From contig JAJRQR010000028.1 of the NCBI GenBank assembly GCA_024280145.1, positions 5,734 to 69,733 of the forward strand: a stretch of 64,000 nt of DNA, written 5' to 3'. Below the pieces are notes generated by a model. It searched no databases, was not told where the DNA came from, and saw nothing but the letters and a program-made list of their open reading frames with translations. This DNA comes from Bacteroidota bacterium (GTDB lineage Bacteria; Bacteroidota; Bacteroidia; Flavobacteriales; Flavobacteriaceae). Below are positions 60,063 to 64,000 of this stretch, in pieces (position 1 is the first letter of the stretch; each line of letters opens with the position of its first letter). A program made the translations under genes and the position numbers.

Positions 60063-61340
60063 ATGAAAAAATATTTTATTTTTAGTCTTGCTGTTTTATT
60101 TTTACTAGTAGCAGCTTGTGGAAGTGATGACGATGGCTATGTAGACAGTGATACAGAAAACCCTTCTGCACCATTTAACCTATCAACTACTAATATAACA
60201 GAAACTTCAATTCAGATTATTTGGGATTCATCTTCAGATAATATAGGAGTTACAGGGTATTTCGTTTATTTAGATGGAAATAAAATTCAGACAATTAATG
60301 AAACAACTACGATTATTAATAATCTTGTTTCTGGTAATTCCTATAATATAAATATTTCAGCTTTTGACGCAAATGGAAATGAATCAAATCAAAGTGAAAC
60401 ATTATTTGCAGAAACGATTATTACAGAAGTACCACTTACTTTCGAAACCAATTTATCTGATATGGGGATTTTCAGTGGAGCTATTTCTAATTTAACTCCT
60501 GCTGAAAACGTTCATTTATACGATTTAAACAGTCGTCTTTTTACAGATTACGCTTACAAACAACGTTTATTACGTTTACCAGAAGGAGCAGCAATGCAAT
60601 ATGACAATAGTGATTTATTGCCAAATTTTCCTGACAATACTTTAATTTCAAAAACATTTTATTATTATGAAGACGAAAGCAATACTTCGTCCAATAAAAT
60701 TATGGTTGAAACTCGTGTTTTAATTAAAACGGAAGGAGCTTGGAAGATTGGAAACTATAAGTGGAATAACGACATGACCGAAGCAACATATACCGATGAT
60801 GGAAGTATCGTTTCAGTCGCATATTTAAATGCAGAAGGAATTGCACAAAATATAGAATATCAAATCCCATCTAATACCGATTGTATTGATTGTCATCACA
60901 TTTATGAAGACACTACTCCTATTGGACCGAAGTTACGAAATATGAATTTCAGTCCAAATAACGGAACCGTTAACATTAATCAATTACAATATTTTATAGA
61001 CGAAGGAATGTTAGAAGGAATTACAAACCCTTCAGACGTTACAGTTTTGCCAGATTGGGAAGATGATAATTTTGATATATTAGAACAAGGAAGAGGATAT
61101 ATGGATATCAATTGTGCCCATTGTCACCAACCAGGAGGTTTCACTCCAACTGGATTTTTATTAGATTTCAGATTGGAAGTTCCTTTTGATGATACTGGAA
61201 TATATTCAAGAAGAGGACAAATTGAAGACCGAATTCAAAGTACCACACCTGGTTATATGATGCCAAAAATTGGAAGAACAATAGTACATAATGAAGGAGT
61301 AGCAATGATGTTAAATTACCTTCAAGCAATCGAAGAATAA
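60063..61340 (+). CDS. Lipoprotein with fibronectin type III domain and diheme cytochrome c domain (SO2930-like)
   Basis: Lipobox VAAC; FN3 (PSAP...W..SSDNIGVTGY...AFDANGNES); LFTDYAYKQR, ETRVL, CIDCH and CAHCH. Confidence 0.82.
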   Translation: MKKYFIFSLAVLFLLVAACGSDDDGYVDSDTENPSAPFNLSTTNITETSIQIIWDSSSDNIGVTGYFVYLDGNKIQTINETTTIINNLVSGNSYNINISAFDANGNESNQSETLFAETIITEVPLTFETNLSDMGIFSGAISNLTPAENVHLYDLNSRLFTDYAYKQRLLRLPEGAAMQYDNSDLLPNFPDNTLISKTFYYYEDESNTSSNKIMVETRVLIKTEGAWKIGNYKWNNDMTEATYTDDGSIVSVAYLNAEGIAQNIEYQIPSNTDCIDCHHIYEDTTPIGPKLRNMNFSPNNGTVNINQLQYFIDEGMLEGITNPSDVTVLPDWEDDNFDILEQGRGYMDINCAHCHQPGGFTPTGFLLDFRLEVPFDDTGIYSRRGQIEDRIQSTTPGYMMPKIGRTIVHNEGVAMMLNYLQAIEE

Positions 61341-61417
61341 AAAATTATTCTTTTTTGGCTTAATTTTTGGAATGTAAATTGATAAATAACTAAATTAGTA
61401 ACCTAAAATCAATAAAA

Positions 61418-61762
61418 ATGAAAAACCTATTATCAATCGTTGCTTTTGCATTTGTATTAATGTTAAGCACTCAAAATGTATCATCTCAAAGTTTAACACA
61501 AGATCAAGACAGACCTGAGGTTGTTGCTAAATCACAAGTTGAAAAACTTACAAATCAACTAAACCTAACAGGAGATCAAAGCCGAACACTTTATAGAGCT
61601 TTTGTAGCTAAAGAAGTAAATTACAGAAAGCTAATCAATGGAAAAGACGCTAAAAGTGCAGATGTTATAGCAAATAAGAAAAAAATTGACGAAACATTTA
61701 ACACTTCAATGAAGAAAACATTAACAACAGACCAATATAATAAGTGGAAAAAATCACAATAA
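61418..61762 (+). CDS. Small exported helical protein (LTxxQ motifs, Spy/CpxP-like or DUF4890-like)
   Basis: Signal peptide; LNLTGDQ and LTTDQYNKW. Confidence 0.75.
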   Translation: MKNLLSIVAFAFVLMLSTQNVSSQSLTQDQDRPEVVAKSQVEKLTNQLNLTGDQSRTLYRAFVAKEVNYRKLINGKDAKSADVIANKKKIDETFNTSMKKTLTTDQYNKWKKSQ

Positions 61763-61785
61763 AACAGAATTTTTAAATATTCTTG

Positions 61786-61813
61786 ATAAGACCACATAAT
61801 TATGCGGTCTTAT
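61786..61813. terminator. Bidirectional terminator
   Basis: ATAAGACCACATA-AT-TATGCGGTCTTAT between convergent genes. Confidence 0.8.
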
Positions 61814-61835
61814 TTGTTTTACAATATCATATATT

Positions 61836-62681
61836 TCACTTTTTTTTAGAGTTTATTATTAATTCTTGACCAATAGAAATAGTATTAGAAGTTAATTTAT
61901 TATACTTTTTCAACGAATCAACCGAAATATTGAACTGTCTTGAAATACTATATAAAGTATCTCCTTTCTTTACAGTATATGTTTTAATTTTAGAATTTTT
62001 TTTATCTTTATTTTTTTTAGATTTTTTACCTAAAACTTCTTTATCATAAGAATAAAGCTTATTCTTTTCAATTATTTTAATTAATTTTTCAGGGTATTTA
62101 GGATCTGTAGCGTAACCTGCCTTCCGTAATCCTTTTGCCCAAGATTTATAGTCATCTTTTTTCAGCTCGAATAAACTTTGATACCTACTTCTTTCAGATA
62201 AAAACAAAGAGTGGTCTCTAAAAGAGTATTTAGGATCTTTATATTTTCTAAAACATTCTTGCAACTCATCATCATCATGATAAACACGCTCACCTGTCCA
62301 ACCTTTATGGCATTTTATTCCAAAATGATTGTTTGATTTTTTACTTAACTCTGCCCTTCCTGCGCCGCTTTCTAGGATTCCCTGAGCCAATGTTATACTA
62401 GCAGGTATCCCATATTGCGCCATTTCTTCTTTAGCAATGTCGCTATAATTATTTATATATAAAGCAACAATTTCTGTATATGAAGCATTTTTAGGAATTG
62501 GTTTTACTTTTGTAGTATTCTCTGTTGAATTTTCTATAGGTATATCTTTTGAGTTATGACGAACAACCTTTTCTTTTTTAGGAGTATGTTTCTTTGAAGT
62601 TGAAACTACTTTCTTTTTAGATTTACAACTTCCTAATAGAAGTACAGCAATGAAAAGTAATGTTATTATTTTTTGGAACAT
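61836..62681 (-). CDS. GH73 glucosaminidase lipoprotein with LysM domain
   Basis: Lipobox LGSC; AQGILESG, NNHFGIK and GYATDPKY; LysM YTVKKGDTLYSIS. Confidence 0.93.
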   Translation of the reverse strand: MFQKIITLLFIAVLLLGSCKSKKKVVSTSKKHTPKKEKVVRHNSKDIPIENSTENTTKVKPIPKNASYTEIVALYINNYSDIAKEEMAQYGIPASITLAQGILESGAGRAELSKKSNNHFGIKCHKGWTGERVYHDDDELQECFRKYKDPKYSFRDHSLFLSERSRYQSLFELKKDDYKSWAKGLRKAGYATDPKYPEKLIKIIEKNKLYSYDKEVLGKKSKKNKDKKNSKIKTYTVKKGDTLYSISRQFNISVDSLKKYNKLTSNTISIGQELIINSKKK

Positions 62682-62682
62682 A

Positions 62683-63603
62683 TTACAGTTTAATTTGAGG
62701 TAAATTTTTCTTTCTTAATAATTGATTCATTCCCGAAATTCCTTGTAGTCCCCCAGTGTGAATAGCTAAAATACTGCTATTATCTTTAAAATATTTCTTT
62801 TCAATTAAATCCATAATACCATAAAGCATTTTTCCTGTGTAAACAGGATCTAATTGAACTCCTGTTTCTTCTTTAAATTCATTGATAAAACGAATTAATT
62901 TAAAATCTATTTTAGCATAACCTCCAAAACAGTACTCATCAATTAAATGATAATTTTTCTTGGAAGTATATTTTTCAATTTCAGATTTCTGAAAGGTTCC
63001 TTTTAAAGCAGAGAACCCAAGAATTGTTTGGTGAAGTTTTGATGCTTCAATAAGTCCTGAGATAGTGCCTCCTGTCCCTACGGCAGTGCAAATATAATCG
63101 TATATAACATCATTTTTAGTTAATATTTCTGTACATCCTTTAACTGCTAACTTGTTAGTTCCTCCTTCTGGCACAAGGAAAAACGAGCCGTATTTTTCTT
63201 TTAGTTTATCAATAAAATCCGTTTCTGCTTTATTTCTATAATTCTTTCTTGAAATAAAATATAGCCTCATTCCACATTTTTTTGCAAAAGATAATGTTGG
63301 GTTTTTACCTATTTTATCGAACAATTCTTCTCCTCTAATAATGCCAATTGTATTTATACCTAGTTCTTTTCCTGCAGCGGCAGTTGCGGCAATATGATTT
63401 GAATAAGCTCCTCCAAAAGTTAGTACTTTATCAAAACCTAATTTTTTAGCTTCAAATAGATTGTATTTTAATTTTCTGAATTTATTTCCAGAAACCTCGG
63501 GATGTAACAAGTCTTCTCTTTTAATTGTTAATGAAACATTACATTTCACAAACACGTCTAAAGAAATATTTTTGTTTAAAACTGACTTTTCTTCTATAAA
63601 CAA
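62683..63603 (-). CDS. ACC deaminase / D-cysteine desulfhydrase family PLP enzyme
   Basis: KREDL...SGNKFRKL, GGAYSNH, PEGG, DPVYTGK and HTGG. Start uncertain (TTG 63603 or 63630). Confidence 0.92.
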   Translation of the reverse strand: MFIEEKSVLNKNISLDVFVKCNVSLTIKREDLLHPEVSGNKFRKLKYNLFEAKKLGFDKVLTFGGAYSNHIAATAAAGKELGINTIGIIRGEELFDKIGKNPTLSFAKKCGMRLYFISRKNYRNKAETDFIDKLKEKYGSFFLVPEGGTNKLAVKGCTEILTKNDVIYDYICTAVGTGGTISGLIEASKLHQTILGFSALKGTFQKSEIEKYTSKKNYHLIDEYCFGGYAKIDFKLIRFINEFKEETGVQLDPVYTGKMLYGIMDLIEKKYFKDNSSILAIHTGGLQGISGMNQLLRKKNLPQIKL

Positions 63604-64000
63604 AATTTTTATTTTAATACAAATTAACAACTAAAGTTAATTTAAAAAATGTTAAAATTTAACAAACGGAACTGCATCTATAACAATAGATCCTATTTTT
63701 ACTAAAAACATTATTGTAAATAAATTACAAAATGGTAATTCAAATATAGACTTCTCTTGCATATTTTTGCTAACAGAAAAAGTACAATCGGAAGATCTTC
63801 TGAAGAAAACTCAATTTATGCAGAATTGCGTTTCCCAGATGCCCCAAGTGCAATCACTCCTTACGAAAACAAAAACACTAAGTTATCAATAGAAACCAAT
63901 AAGGACTCCAAAACATTAGCACACAAAAAGACAGATTAAATATATTGACTATTATTTCATTTATTTATAGGAATTTTCTTTCATTTATTATACAGATGTG

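Noticed and set aside
63757-63939. 60-aa ORF at the window end
   Set aside because: TTG start, no recognisable motif or signal; could be a gene remnant, but this cannot be supported from the sequence.

Overview
AT-rich chromosomal window from a Flavobacteriaceae-type (Bacteroidota) genome, judged from gldB/gldC, T9SS C-terminal domains and TAnnTTTG promoters. Most of it is housekeeping: the 3' end of pyc, tRNA-Arg(TCG), yqeY, the dcw cluster (mraZ-rsmH-ftsL-ftsI-murE-mraY-murD-ftsW-murG-murC-ftsQ-ftsA-ftsZ), engB, gldBC, nadE, dnaG, polyprenyl synthase, rlmN, queA, aroA, dtd, rsgA, rnhB, lipB and lysS. Three accessory modules stand out. (1) An ECF sigma / membrane anti-sigma / coiled-coil plus beta-barrel trio with its own ECF-type promoter, resembling a two-piece version of the dual-membrane-spanning anti-sigma systems. 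(2) Four tandem DUF3857-transglutaminase paralogs, only one of which keeps the catalytic Cys/His. (3) A T9SS module at 49.9-56.4 kb with two paralogous triple-repeat T9SS cargo genes, a TPR hybrid two-component regulator that seems to lack a canonical start codon, a 21-bp direct-repeat operator and an unannotated 49-aa free-standing CTD-like ORF; part of this module is bounded by duplicated terminator hairpins. Three frameshifts may be real or assembly errors. I saw no transposase, integrase, prophage, rRNA or CRISPR array. All family names come from motif recognition, not database searches.
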